Shown here: positions 41,901 to 60,305 of the stretch, one piece after another
Position numbering within the stretch: the first letter of the stretch is position 1
How the letters are laid out: every line of letters starts with the position of its first letter
Source: the human T2T-CHM13v2.0 reference genome, Homo sapiens
Length of the DNA: 64,000 bases
Assembly (NCBI RefSeq): GCF_009914755.1
Contig: NC_060937.1
Reading direction: 5' to 3' (one strand)
Made by a program: the position numbers and the translations under genes
Notes under the pieces: generated by a model
What the model was told of the DNA's origin: nothing
Databases searched by the model: none
The model's input: the letters and a program-made list of their open reading frames with translations, nothing else

Positions 41901-42551
41901 ACCTTAGGTGTTTCCTGTCATTCCTTTGTTGAATTCCAGCATTTTTTTTAGGTGGTGTATTCAAAGTGTTATTATCTATTAATTATTTGGTTTGTCTTTG
42001 CAGAGGAGGCTACTACCAGATGTCTGTAGTCAGCCATCTTGAAGCGCCTCCCCTCTCAAGTTTACTTTATTGAAAGGACTTTGTAACACATTCAATTTCC
42101 TTAAGAGACATAGGGATACTTTCATTTTCTCACTAATATTGTGTCAGTTTTGCATGTTGTGTTTTTAAGAATTTTTTTCATCTAAGTTGTTAAATTCATT
42201 GTCCAAAAATTATTTTTCAAATTTTTTAATAATCATTTTAATGCCTGTGCTATTTTTTATAATGTTCCTTCCTTTCATTAATAAAACTGGTAATTTGTGA
42301 TCTATCCAGCTATGAGCTTATCAATTTTATTGTTCTTTCATGGAACCACATTTCTTAATTTTCTTTATTCTTATTTTATTTTTTCTATGTATTTAGGGTT
42401 TGCTTTGCATTTGAGTGTTTAAATCTATCTACATTTATTACAAAGCACTGCTTTGTTGTACCTTAGAAAGTTTGAGACTACATTTTTAATATTATTTAAT
42501 TAAAAATATTTTCTAGTTTCTCTTCTGCTTCACTTATTTCCTTATATATTA

Positions 42552-42944
<393 letters not shown>

Positions 42945-45431
42945 TTATTTTTTATTTTTAATGGTTAATAAGTAATTGCCTTAGAATTTAATAATAAATT
43001 ATTCTTGAAAACATTGGCTAGTTTAGAAATTACACTTGAAACCAACCTATATTGCAGTCATTTTATAGCTCTTAATCATAACTAGTACTGACATCTCATA
43101 AAAACCTTAAAGGTATTTGTCATAATTATGTACAAAACCTATTAGTTTGAAATAATAAAATTATAAAATCAGTATGTTATCCACTGGGTAAAAAAGAGAA
43201 GCTGCATAATTAATTGTATGCACAATATTTTAAGCATCATTTGTCATGCTATTTTATGGAAAATGTTCATTAAAGCTACTGGCTTGCCCTAGTTATAAAC
43301 TATCTGCTGTTTATGATTTATTTTATCTCTCCCGTCCCCCCACTCTTTTATTTGCTTCTCAGCCTTTACATCACTTAAATACTCAGTGATTACTGTCATC
43401 ATCAACTCCTTTTCTTCCAATATGTTGATTTAATTTAGCTTGTGCAGTTCCCAGCTGCATGGTTATTGATAAAATTTTGAAAAAAACAAGGATAGGTTTA
43501 TTTTAGTACTATACAACTGGTAGACACTTTGGAATTTTAAGCTTTTTTGACAACGAACTGCCAACAATCTTATTTTTCAACAAGCATTCACATTTCCTCT
43601 TCCAAGAATATCTTTAATATTCTAAAACTCACATAGCTGGTAGTTTTTCTAGAAAATTTACTTTTAGGGTTAAAAAAAGCATTAAAAACTCTGCTGCATC
43701 ATATTCATTATTTAATAGCAGCAGATATTTGTCAGCTATACAACAGAATAACTTGTTAACTTTTAATGTGTTAATTGCTTCTATTTTCATATTTTCTTGG
43801 AGTATTACTAGCAATAACTTACTAATTTATGGGTTTTAAAATTATATATGGATTATTTCATCATTCCACTAATCCAAAGAGGTAACCAAGGGAGGATATT
43901 ATTCATGCTTTATAGGTGAAGAAAAAAATAGCAAGCTTAACAGAATGAGTTGTTGAATTAAAAAAACTAATTTTTCTGATTTATATGATATTAGAAATAT
44001 CATTATTCATCAATATTAAAATAAAATAATTATTTGGTATTGTTTGCTTTTTAAAGTACATTTTATGGTGTTCAAAGCTTGGAGGCAGTTAAAGAAAGGA
44101 TTAGAAGAAAGGATCACATAAATTTGGAATTCAGAAATCCTTAGATTTCACTCTAATCAACATTTTAATCTCGCTGAAGGGTTTTTCTTTTTATTCAAAC
44201 AAATAAGAAAGTGTGTCAGCCAAGTGAGTCATGCATAACACTTTATGTTGCCTTCATTTACTAGTAGAAAGCCACATTTGGACAAGCTTTGCCAGCATCA
44301 ATAATAGAAAGCCCACACAAAAGTATATAACAGACAAACACTAAAATCAAGATCTTATGTAGAATCCTGAAGTGTATGTATTTTACATTTTCTCAAATAT
44401 TTAAAAAAGTAAAATGCATTTTAAAATATTTCTTAAATACAATTAAAAATACATTTTAAAATATTTCTTATTTAAAAATAAATAAGAAAAAATACATATA
44501 GAAAATAGAAATGATAAAAAGAAAAAAAAATGAAAGTTACCATTGTACAATCACCTTGTATTTTCCTGGCATATTATTAAAATCATAGTAATAAATACTA
44601 AACAATAATTAAATCTTTACTTAATCCTGGCAAAACCAACACATGGTTACATGCTTGCTTTATAGTTGATGATAAAACAAAATTTCCTGGAGTTTAAGTA
44701 AAGGTCACATTATTAATAAGTGATGGAATCAGGATTTAAAAGAAATTATTTTTGTCTCTAACACCAATGATGGTTACACTATATGGTATGGGAAAGAGAA
44801 GAGGAGGAATGAAATGGAAAGAAAGACAAAGGATATAACTAAAACCTCAGGTGCGGTGCTAGCCAACTTCACATATAGTATCTCATTAGTTATCTGTTCC
44901 ATTTATTTTTAAGAGTATAAAACTGAGATTCAGAAATGAATAATCATGTTCTAGATCAAACAATTGGCAAAGGGTAGAGCTAGTATTTCTAATCTTACAC
45001 CTTAAGTCTTTTTCTCCTAAGTTCAAGACCCACTATCCAACTATTAAAACTCTACAATGCCTCAGGTGGCGCAAAATAAATATGTCCTTAATCATCTCAT
45101 TATCTGTAATTGTTTTCCATCATGGTTGTTTTCTCTTGCTTAATGAATACTATTATCTATCTAATAATAATAAATATGAGGCCCAGGTAGATTATCTGCC
45201 AATACATTTTAATACTACATTTTCAGAATGCCATATTGCATGAGATGATATAAATATATAAATCCATGTCTCTCTTACTTACCATAAACTATACCTTATT
45301 TATCTATTAACAGAAGAAAATAAATAGAAATCTATAATCATTATACTTTAAAGAAATAACAGCAAAAACAATAGCTAGAATTTACAACTTGTTTGATATG
45401 TGTCAGATACTGTTGTATGCACTTTAAGATT

Positions 45432-48424
45432 TCTTTTATTTTTAATTTTTGTGTGTCCATAGTAAGCATATATATTTATGGGATACATGAGATATTTTGA
45501 TACAGGTATGCAATGTGTCATAATCACATCATGGAAAATGAGTACCCATCCCGTCAAGCATTTATCCTTTGCATTACAAACAATCCAATTAAACTCTTTT
45601 AGTTATTTTTTAATATATAGTTTATTATTGACTACAGTCATCCTGTTTTGCTATCAAATCTTAGGTTTCACTCATTCTTTCTGTTTTTTTTTTTTTTTGT
45701 ATCCATCAACCATCCCTACCACCTCCCAAACCCCCTACTATCCTTCTCAGCCTCTGGACAGCATCCTTCTACTCTTTATGTCCCTGGGTTCAATTGCTTT
45801 GATTTTTACATCCCAAAATAAGTGAGAACATGTGATGTTTGTCTTTCTGTGCCTGGCTTATTTCATTTAACATCTAGTTACATTCATGTTGTTACAAATG
45901 ACTGGATCTCATTCTTTTTTTGCGGTGAACTAGTCCTCCATTGTGTATATTTACCACATTTTCTTTATATGTTCATCTGTTGATGGACACTTAGGTTGCT
46001 TCCAAATCTTAGCTATTATAAACAGTGCTACAACAAACATGGGAGTGCAGATACCTCTGTGATATACTGATTTTTCTTTTGGGTATATACCCAGCAGTGG
46101 GATTGTTGGATCATATGGCAGCTCTATATTTAGTTTTTTGAGGAACCTCCAAACTGTTCTCCGTAGTGGTTGTTTTAATTTACATTCCCACCAACAGTGT
46201 ATGGGGGTTCCCTTTTCTCTCCATCCTTGCCCGCATTTGTCTTGGCTCATCTTTTGGATATAAGTCATTTTAACTGGGGTCAGATATCTCATTGTAGTTG
46301 TGATTGAATTTCTCTGATGACTAGTGAGGTTGAGCACCTTTTCATATGCCTGTTTGTCATTTGTGTGTGTTCTTCTAAGAAATGTCTATTTGAATCTTTT
46401 GCCCATGTTTTATCTAATTATTAGATGTTTACCTATAGCATTGTTTGAGCTCTTTATATACCCTGGTTATTAATCCCTTGTCAGATGGGTAGTTTGCGAA
46501 TATTTTCTTCCATTCTGTGGGTTGTTTCTTCACTTTGTTGATTGTATCCTTTGCTGTGCAGAAGCTTTTCAACTTGATGTGATCCCATTTGTTTATTTTT
46601 CCTTTGGTTCCCTGTGCTCGTGGGGTATTGCTCAAGAAATGTTTGCCCAGACAAATGTCCTGGAAACTTTCCTCAATGTTTCCTTTCTCTCTCTCTTTTT
46701 TTTTTTTAATATTTCTTGTGAAGGTCTTGCTCTGTTGCCCAGGCAGGAGTGCAGTGGCAGGATCATAGCTCACAGCAGCATTGACCTCCCAGGCTGAAGC
46801 AACCCTCCCTCCTCAGCCTTCTGAGTAGCTGGGACTACAGTCACATGCCATCATGCCCAACTAATTTTTGTATTTTTTGTAGAGACCAAATCTCACCACA
46901 TTGCCCAGGCTGATCTTGAACTCCTAGGTTCAAGGAATTCTGCCTCTGCCTCCCAAAGTGCTGGAACTGCAGGCAGGAGCCTCCATGCCTGACCCTCCCA
47001 ATGTTTTCTTGTAGTAGCTTCATAGTTTGAGGTCTTAGGTTTAAGTTTTCAATTCATTTTGATTTGATTTTTGTACATGGTGAGGGATAGGGATCTAGTG
47101 TCATTCTTTTTCTTATGGATATCAAGTTTTCCCAGCACCATTTATTGAAAAGACTGTCTTTTTCCCAGTGTATGTTCTTGGTACTCCTGTCAAAAATGAG
47201 TTTATGGTAGGTGTGTGGATTTGTTTCTGGGTTCTCTATCTGTTCCATTGGTCTGTGTTTCTGTTTTTATGCCAGTATCATGCTGTTCTGTTTACTATAG
47301 CTCTGTAGTATAAGTTGAAATCAGGTAATGTGACTCCTCTAGTTTTGTTCTTTTTGCTTAGGATAGCATTGGCCATTTGAGAATTTGGGATTCCATATAC
47401 ATTTTAGGATTTTTTTTCTATTTCTGTGAAGAATGCCATTGGTATTTTGATAGGGATTGAATTAAATCTTTAGACTGCTTTGGTAGACTGCTAATCCATG
47501 AACATGGAATCTCTGTTAATTTTTTGGTGTCCTCTTCAATTTCTTTCATCACTGTTTTATAGTTTTCATTACAGAGATCTTTCACCCTTTGTTTTAAATG
47601 ACTTCTAGGTATTTAATTTTAATTATGGCTATTGTAAATAGGATTATGTTTTTTATTTCTTTTTCAGATTGATCACTGTTGGCATACAGAAATGCTACTG
47701 ATTTGTATATGTTGATTTTGTATCCTGCAAATTTACTGAATATGTTTATCAGCTCCAATATTTTCTTATTAAGTCTTTAGGTTTTTCCAAATATAAGATC
47801 ATATCATTTCCAAACAAGGGTAATTTGACTTCTTCCTTTTCAGTTTGGATGTCTTTATTTCTTTCTCTTGTCTGATTCCTCTAAATAGAAATTCCAGTAC
47901 TATGTTGAATAACAGTTAAAAGTGGGCATCTTTGTCATGTTCCAGATCTTAGAAGAAAGGCTTTCAGTTTCTTTCCATTCAGTATGATGCCAGCTGTGGG
48001 TCTGTCATAAGTGGATTTTATTATGTTGAAATATTTTCCTTTTATACCCAGTTTTTGAGATATTGAATTTTATCCAATGTTATTTCAGCACCAATTGAAA
48101 TAATCATATGGTTTTTATCCTTCATTCTGGTGATATGATGTATCACATTGATTGATTTATGTATGTTGAACCATCCTTGTATCATAGATATAAATCCCAC
48201 TTGGTCATGGTAAATGACCTTTCTAATATGTTTATGAATTCAGTTTGCTAGTATTTTGTTGAGGATTTTTGCATCAGTACTTATCAGATATATTTGCCTG
48301 TAGTTTTCCTTCTTCATGTTTGTCTACTTTTGGTATCAGGATAATACTGGCCTTATAGAATGAATTTGGAGGTATTCCTTCCTCCTCTATTTTTCCAAAT
48401 ACTTTGAGTAGGATTGCCATCAGT
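45432..48424 (-). mobile_element. L1MA2-like, 5'-truncated
   Basis: 3'UTR and ORF2 peptides ([32 protein letters not shown]). Confidence 0.9.
46686..46994 (-). mobile_element. AluJ nested in L1MA2
   Basis: Diverged dimer; degraded TSD ctcaatgtttcctt / cccaatgttttctt. Confidence 0.88.
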
Positions 48425-48664
48425 TCTTACAACCATGGGGAAAGCGAACAGGAAGGAGGCATGTCTTATATGGCAGTACCAGGAGAAAGAGAGAGACACA
48501 CTTTTAAACAGCCAGATCTCGTGAGAACTCAGTCACTATCACAGGACAGCAATGGGGAAATCCACCCCCATGATCCAGTCACCTCCCACCAGGCCCTTCC
48601 TCCAACATTGAGGATTAAAATTTGACATGAGATTTGAGTGGAGACTTGAATCCAAACCATATCA
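48425..48664 (-). mobile_element. MSTA LTR fragment
   Basis: cttttaaacagccagatctcgtgagaactc...atccaaaccatatca. Confidence 0.85.
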
Positions 48665-50004
48665 CAGAGTTTTAACCAAACATACTGGTCAGGTCAAAAG
48701 TACTTAAATTCAGCATGGGGCATACTGTAGAAGGTTCATCGCAATCCAAAGTTCAGCTGCATAGCTGTATATCCCATGAGAATGTTAACTCCATGAAAGC
48801 AGAACATGTATCTACATTATTTTTTACCATCTTTCTAATGTCTAGAACAGTGCTTGGTGAAAAGTGTCTTTCAAATCAATATTTCATACTTTTTTCAATA
48901 GCTGACTATTTAATTATGTAACCACTGGTAGAAAGTATTTCACATGCCATGCTCTTGTTTGTGATCAAACAGACAAAATAAACAAAAAAAGAAATTATTT
49001 TACAAGAATAAATTTGCCAGTTATTTTCTAGTCTCCACATTCTCTTTGAGAAAAGTTGTTCTGAAAGCAGATGGGAATAATCGTTAAATGTGAAGCCCTC
49101 AATTGTATCCTACCCACTATTTCCTCTTTTCTCCTTCTTTTAGTGACAGCTGGCACTGAGACAAGCTCATCAAATAATAAACATATTTGTACCTAAAGTT
49201 ACATACAAATGTTGGACTATATGGTATAAACATTTAATAATGATATCTTTTTGTCTTTGTACAGCTTGCAAATGGATCTTACAGACGTTGTCACAGAGAC
49301 AAGAAAAGTAAGATGCTGTCTTCTCCAATCTTTTAAAAAAAAATTTAGGTGACAGTAACTACTATGTACTGGTGTAATTACCTTAGAAGAAAACAACAAA
49401 TTAAATATCAGTCAGAGTAGTTATTAGTCCCAGGAGCAAAGCTGCTCAGTTCACACAATTCTGAAAGGGTAGAGGGGAAGGATGCAGAGACCCACAGGGG
49501 AACATATAGTTCCCCTGCATTCCCATAGCATTTCCAGCTGCATTCCTGGGTACGTGGGAGATACAGCATGATATGTGTTCTTAGTTGAAATAAACCAGGT
49601 AATACCCCAGGCACCCCATAACCTAAAGTACCGGTAGACTGGTATCTGGCCAGAGGCTCAAGTAAACTTAAGAACATGGGAGAGATGGGAGCAATTTTAT
49701 TCCTTTCTCTACACATTGAAGGGTATTGAAACACTCAGGTTGAAAATCAGAGATCAAATATATGAATATGTATATGGAAACAGACATAATGGCTATTGAG
49801 AGTTTTAAAACAGAATCTATTTTGCATTAATAATTTATAGATGTTACTATAAATATACTAGTAGTAATAATAATTATGAGCTGTAAAGTCCATATGTAAA
49901 TATTGTCTTATAAGCTAACATACAATATACTGCAAGATAAAGTTGGTAATTAGCCCTCTATATTCCTAGATTTTACTTATATTTATAAAAAGATACTTTA
50001 TTGT

Positions 50005-50300
<296 letters not shown>

Positions 50301-51927
50301 TTAATATTATTCCACCGTCCACCCTTTTCCCAGAGTCCCACCTCCACCCCCGACACATACATTATATAGTTCATGGTAATTTCTATGTTGTATGTTTTGA
50401 AACAGACAGATGAGAAATCAATTTCAAACTTAGTTATTATGGTCTTTTAGCTGACAAACATTGCACTGCTTATGCTTTCTTTATCTGGAATTTAAATTCA
50501 ACTGCTTCTAATTAAAAGTAAAAATCCAGTAACTTTAGTTTCTTATTAGGCTTATTTTATGCCCCATAAATGCATTTAAATGATATTATCACAAGTTCAC
50601 TTTCCTTCTTCAACACATTTTTAAAATAAGGTGATGAAAATATCTTCCACAGTAAGATTTATTTTGAACATATGATTCATAAAAATTTATAAAGGATTTT
50701 CTTTCCTTCCTTTTTCCTTGTATCTGACTTCTAAGAACATCTATTTTATGTCTTCTTACAATATGGAATCAGAATGTAAGGTAATTATTTCCAAATTTTG
50801 AAGTACATCACTATATTTCCCAGAAGTGAGATTATTAAAAATGTGATTTTCATGTAGTTAAGCAGTAGAAAAAAACAGAACTAATCAACCTTTTTAATTC
50901 AGAATACTTGTAGGCCTTGCCTGTTATAACAATTATTTGATGTTTTTTCCTCATTGAGATACCTATCACTGGAATATTTTACCTAAATTTGTTCTAGTGA
51001 GATAAGTCATGCACTAAGGAATTTGGGAAGAAACAATTGATTTCCTTGCCATTTGATTTAAAACAAACCCTTGAATATGACTGAGCAATTCTGCACTAAA
51101 GAACATATGAAAAGACCAGGGAGGGGATTGTCACAAATATCTGCATTTGCCAAGTTAGAACTATGCTAAGAATATTAACTCTATTAATTCATTTGATCTC
51201 CAAATCAGTCCTGAAAATTGAATGGATTTGCCCATTTTACAACACAAAATTAAGGCTTAGATTATTTCATACCTTCTCTAAGGTCAAGTGGTTAGTAAAG
51301 CATAGCTGTAATTCAAGTACAAGTTCTGACAGTCCCAGAACACTTTCTACCAGGCCATAGCCATCTGCTCATATGAATTGCTAACATATCCCTGGGAACT
51401 AGGACTATTAAAGTAGAGTTGCTTAAAGTATTTTGCTTTCCAAAATTAACTGACAGGATAGAATCATTTTTGTATTAGACTGTAAATGCAAATGTCTTTT
51501 CCAAATCATATACCACCAACAGGAAGCCTGCAGAAATTAATAATTGTGCCAGCTATCAGTCTTTTCATGCATAAAATTCAAAATTTTTTACTCTGCCTAC
51601 AGATGAAATGTCATTTTATAAAGAGCTAATAACATGTAGCTACAAGTTTGCCTGTCAACACCAGTGAGCCAATAGCAGTCTGCAAAAGTTAAAATTGAGT
51701 ACATTAAAATCATTTGAACATAGCATGAAACTACATAGTTTATTTAAACTGTGCTAAATATCAATGCAATGTAGTTTTACAATGAACCAGTGGCTTTTGA
51801 AGTGACAAAATTATGGATAATTTGAATAGTATTAGAGCTTTTCCTGATATACCTAATTACATAGGTAAGAATACTGAGGGCCAGAGAGGGAAGCAAATTG
51901 CTCCTGCCCAGATGGAAGTGGAGTTAA

Positions 51928-52264
<337 letters not shown>

Positions 52265-52337
52265 GCCATAAGATATTTTAGTAATTCGTTTTTAATTCCC
52301 ACTCTGTGTCTGAAGCTGTCCAAGGATTATTCATTTA

Positions 52338-52608
<271 letters not shown>

Positions 52609-52821
52609 AAATAAAACAAGGATTGAGTTAAGATCAAATAGATCTAGAAATGAGGCAACAAAAACACGAAAACATACATATATTACTTTAAATTAGCTTT
52701 CAGTTTGGCTCTAAGCTTTGTAGCACAAATACGATAAATAAAATTTGATCCAGGATGCAAGTCGCTGTTATCCACAAGGTAAAAGAAGCCATCATTCTAG
52801 AGAAGTATGCTCATTCTGCAG

Positions 52822-53039
52822 GCAGTGATATTCAGGAGCTGATTCGCTCTAGCTTAAACCATGCAATGTGATACATTTGTGGGCATGTCTTCTCAACCTT
52901 GAGTCCAGTGAGGTCACATTGATATCTTGAAATTAGCCAGCGTGGAAGAATTTACACCATGGGGATTGGCAAATGCTGCATAGAAGGGATTTTTGTCCCC
53001 TAGAAAGCTAGTTGTCAAATGTTGACTAGCACATCCCTA
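52822..53039. mobile_element. MER63A-like hAT element
   Basis: cttgaaattagccagcgtggaagaatttacaccatggggattggcaaatgct. Confidence 0.65.
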
Positions 53040-54079
53040 CTTAAAGGTCTTTCCAGAACACATACAGACACATATATTAGGCCTGTCTTATAGTAACCCT
53101 CAATGTAGGCAGGATACTTCAAAGATACAATTCAGTTAAAAAAAATGTGCCTGCCAATGAATTATAGTCTGGATAACCTGATCTTGGTTAGTAGGAGTTA
53201 ATCAAATTATATATTTTATAATATATGAGAAAAATAATGGACAACATATACTTCTTTACATATTTCTTTCTCTAAGCTGAATATCAATCAATATTAGAAG
53301 CAATTAATTCAAGGTAGTAGTATCTGACAATTAGCTGGAACCTAACTACATTGTTAGGTAATTTTAGATCCACATGCCTCTAATAATAATAAAGCTAAGA
53401 GAATAAAGACACCTTAAAAGGATAAGAAATCAAGGTGTTCTTGCTACTTATTCTTTCCTGGTTTATTTCCACCCCTTCAAATTGAATACTGAAGTATTTG
53501 CACTCAAATAAATCAGAGCTGGAAAAGAAAAGGTGTTACTTAAACCTAGAAAACAAGCAAATAAATCCAGTTTAATTTTTAGTAAATAGCTTTCTTGACT
53601 TCATAAAATTGTGTTGGTCTTGACAAAGACACCTAGTGAGAGTATCTCTAGCAGAGACATTTAAGGCTTCTTGCTGTGTGTTTTTTGTCCTTTGTCTCTT
53701 TGTGTCAGCTAATTCTCAATTAATACTATGTGGGTCTATGGTCAACTCATGTGTTTGTGTGTGTGTATGTGTGTATGCATATATATACACACACATATAT
53801 ATTTACTGTATCATATATTAATCATAAACATATACATACATTTTTAGGTTTGAAATATTATTCTACACTTCAGCCATAATGGATTATACTATATTAATTT
53901 TGAAGGTTATTACATCCATGTTCTGTGATGAACGACTATTAACTTTTGTGTTCTGACTTGAATGCCATGAAATTCTTAGTTCTCAGCTCTCAATCCTATA
54001 GGAGAAATGCAGTCTATTTCACTCCCTTAGCGTCTTATATTCATACATAGATCATGTATAAAATGCAACTTGTAAAAGT

Positions 54080-55390
54080 AGGTGTCATCTTGTGCTCCAA
54101 AGGACACCATCCCAAAAGGGAAAAACACAAGAGAATGGGAGAAAATATTTGCAAATCCTATATCTGATAAGGGACTTGTATCTAGAATATATAAGCAACT
54201 TACAACTCAATAAAAAAGTAGATATATAATCAAATTTTAAAATAGGCAAAATATCTGAATAAATATTTCCTCAATGAGATATACAAACAGTCAGAAAGCA
54301 AATAAAAAAGTGCTCCACAATAGGAGTCATCAGAGTAACATAAAACCACAGTGAGATACCACTTTGCGCATACTAGAATGGCTATAATCAAAAGGACAAA
54401 TAACAATAAATGTGTTGGAGATGGTGAACAAAATTGGAACTCTCATATACTGCTGGTGGGAATATAAAATGATTCAATCACTTTGGAAAAGTCTGGCAAT
54501 TCTGCAAAAATTAAAAATACAGTTACCTTATATATCAGTCATTCCACTTCTAAATATTCTCAATAGGAATAGAAACACAAGTTCTCACAAAAACTTGTGT
54601 ATAAATATTCAAAACAGCATTACTTATAATAGTCAAAAAATGGAAACAACTCAGATATTTATCAACTGAACAACTGATTAAAAATGTGGTCTACCCATAC
54701 AATGGAATATTATTCAATAAAAGGAAATGAAGTACGCATGCATGTTACAAGATAGATGAAGCTTGAAAACATTATGCTAAGTGAAAGAAGCCAGTCGCAA
54801 AAGAGCATATATTGTAAGATTCTACTCATATGAAATATCCAGAAAGGAAAAATATAAGACAGGAAGTAGATTTGCTCTTGCCTAGGGCTGGGGCTGATGT
54901 TGAGTGTTAAGTGGGGAGTCACTGCTAATGGGTAGAAGGTTTATTTTTTGGGTGATGAAATGTGCTAAAATTGATTTTGATTTTGATTCTGTTTGTACAC
55001 CTCTGAGAATATACTCGCACCTGCAATCCTAGCACTCTGGGAGGCCGAGGCAGGCGTTCGAGCTCAGGAGTTCGAGACCAGCCTGGGCAACACGGTGAAA
55101 TGCCTGTATCTACCAAAAAAAAAAAAAAAAAATTAGCCAGGTGTGGCTGCACATGCCTGTATTTCCCAGCTACTTGAGAGGTTGAGGCAGGAGAATCGCT
55201 TGAACCCACGAGTCACAGGCTGCAGTGAGCTGAGATCATGCCACTGCACTCCAGCCTGGGTGACAGAGTGAGACTCCATCTCAAAAAAGTAAATAAATAA
55301 AACAATAAAAGTTATAGATACTAAAAACTACTGAATAGTACCATTTAAATATATGAACTGTATGGTATGTGGATTATATCTCAATAAGCT
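54080..55390 (+). mobile_element. L1MB 3' portion (interrupted by an Alu)
   Basis: ORF2 end (YCWWEYK) and L1MB 3'UTR ending gtggattatatctcaataagctg. Confidence 0.85.
55013..55310 (+). mobile_element. Alu (J/S) with an expanded middle A-tract
   Basis: Dimer with degraded 5' start. Confidence 0.9.
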
Positions 55391-55799
55391 GTGTGTGTAT
55401 ATATGCACACTATATATACTCAAATAATAAATATATATATATACACACACACATACACACTCAAATCAGAGATGGGGAGGAAAAAGTATGTGCGTATATA
55501 TTACACACACACACAGATACTTTATATATATATATGAAGTATATGAAATATATATATATAACACACACATATTTTATATATATATACATATATACATACA
55601 CACATACACGTGTATGTATGTATATATATACACGTGTATATATGTATATACATATATACATACATATATACATACATACATATATATAAAGTGTGTGTAA
55701 TATATATAGTTCACACACATAGAACTTTATGTATATATCACACACACACACTTTATATGTATGTGTCTATATATATATATGTAGTTCACACACACACAG

Positions 55800-55852
<53 letters not shown>

Positions 55853-56010
55853 TCCATGGATGATTGGTAGTACTACACACACAGACATATATAGTACTAC
55901 CAATATATAGTACATGTAGTAGTAATAGTATATGTAGTATACATATATGTACATATATATACACATATGTAGTATACATATATGTACATATATATATACA
56001 CATACATATG
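55390..56010. repeat. Complex (TA)/(CA)/(TG) low-complexity block including a pure (TA)n run at about 55803-55848
   Basis: Seen directly. Confidence 0.95.
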
Positions 56011-57344
56011 TAGTACTACCAATCATCCAAGGAACTTATCTTCACTATCATGGCTATTCAACTTAATTTGAATCATTATGTTTCTGAGTCAATCCAGTAA
56101 CTCCAAGTTAGACAACATGACTTAGAAACAACAATATTCATCTGAGATAGAGTAGATTTGCGTTTTTATCCTGGCCTTGCTGCTCACTATTTGTATTGAC
56201 TTTATATTTATCTTTGGCAAATTCCTTCACCTCTCTCCCTCAGTCTATGCAGATGGACAATTAGTAGAGTTAACTTGATGGTTACTAAGATCACTTCAAG
56301 AAGTGTGATACATCATAGAGAATGTGGCATATGACCAGATTTAAATGATGGGCATTTCATATCCTTTAGGTGATAGATCTATTATTTAAGAATTAATGTG
56401 AAGCCAACATAGATACCTCATTCAAATCTGATCCGCATGTTAACATCTAGAGTTGCCAAAATCTAAGCCGAAATCACTCTAACTCCTCCTTTCCAGTTGT
56501 CCACCACATATGATCAACTTTAGTATATTAACAGAATTTCTCTGTATGAGTTCCCAGAAGCCACTTGGATATGTGTATTTATTCATTGATTATTCATCAA
56601 TTTCATGTGAATCAAAACTATGCCATATTGCAAAAACATTATATACTCCCTTGAAACATTTTTAACAGTCATAACTTCAGATAACACTTAAATTAGTTTT
56701 GAAAGAACTAAAAAAATGTAAAATGTATTATGCAGTCAAGTGTAACTGGAACTATTAAATAATAGTTCATTCATAAGAATATAAAATTATGGTTACAGGT
56801 AGATATTTGGAAAATCTCCTTCAACTCAGTATTATTGCAACTTTCACATAAATGGTCTGTTTATAAATAGTTTTATAAAATCTTGTGTGATATTTAATTT
56901 TTAATTGTTTTGTCTCCCTCAATGAAGCATAAGCCTTTGTAAGTCAGTTTGCATGTTTTAGTTAGGTTTTCACCAGAATTTAGGATATATTTAATTATTA
57001 AATACATTTATATTTAACATATATTTAATGTGCATGTTCTGTGTCCTAGTTCCTTTGGCACATATTGATTATATAATAGATTAAAATAAAAGGCAAACAT
57101 GACTCTGTCCTTTTACAGTTTCTAATATATTTGTATAGAATGTATTTGTGAAATGCTTAGTTTATTACAGACAAGTAACTAAAATCTATCAGAATAAAAC
57201 ACAATATAATTGATTAATATAGCAAAATGTTCAAAGATATTTTATAGGTAAGAGAAAGCGATTTCATTTATTAAAATGAAAGAGATTGGGACATGACCCT
57301 TTTATACTGATTTGATATTTAAAGTAAAGAAAAATGTCAATGAG

Positions 57345-57480
57345 GTTAGTAGAAATGAGTCTTAGCTTTGATTTTATCACTACTTAGCTGTGTAATGTTG
57401 AACTAATAAAAACCTCAGTTTCATTATGTGTAAAATGAGAAAATTAGACAAATTTCAATATTCATCCTGCCTGTAAAATT
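57345..57480 (+). mobile_element. MIR remnant
   Basis: cactacttagctgtgtaatgttg...cctcagttttcattatgtgtaaaatgag. Confidence 0.65.
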
Positions 57481-57504
57481 CTGATTATTCAATGTAAATA
57501 CTTC

Positions 57505-60305
<2,801 letters not shown>

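Noticed and set aside
44411-44470. About 25-bp direct repeat aaaat(g/a)cattttaaaatatttctta
   Set aside because: Ordinary local duplication in very AT-rich DNA
55369-56026. Tyr/Ile/His-rich ORFs
   Set aside because: Translations of TA/CA dinucleotide repeats
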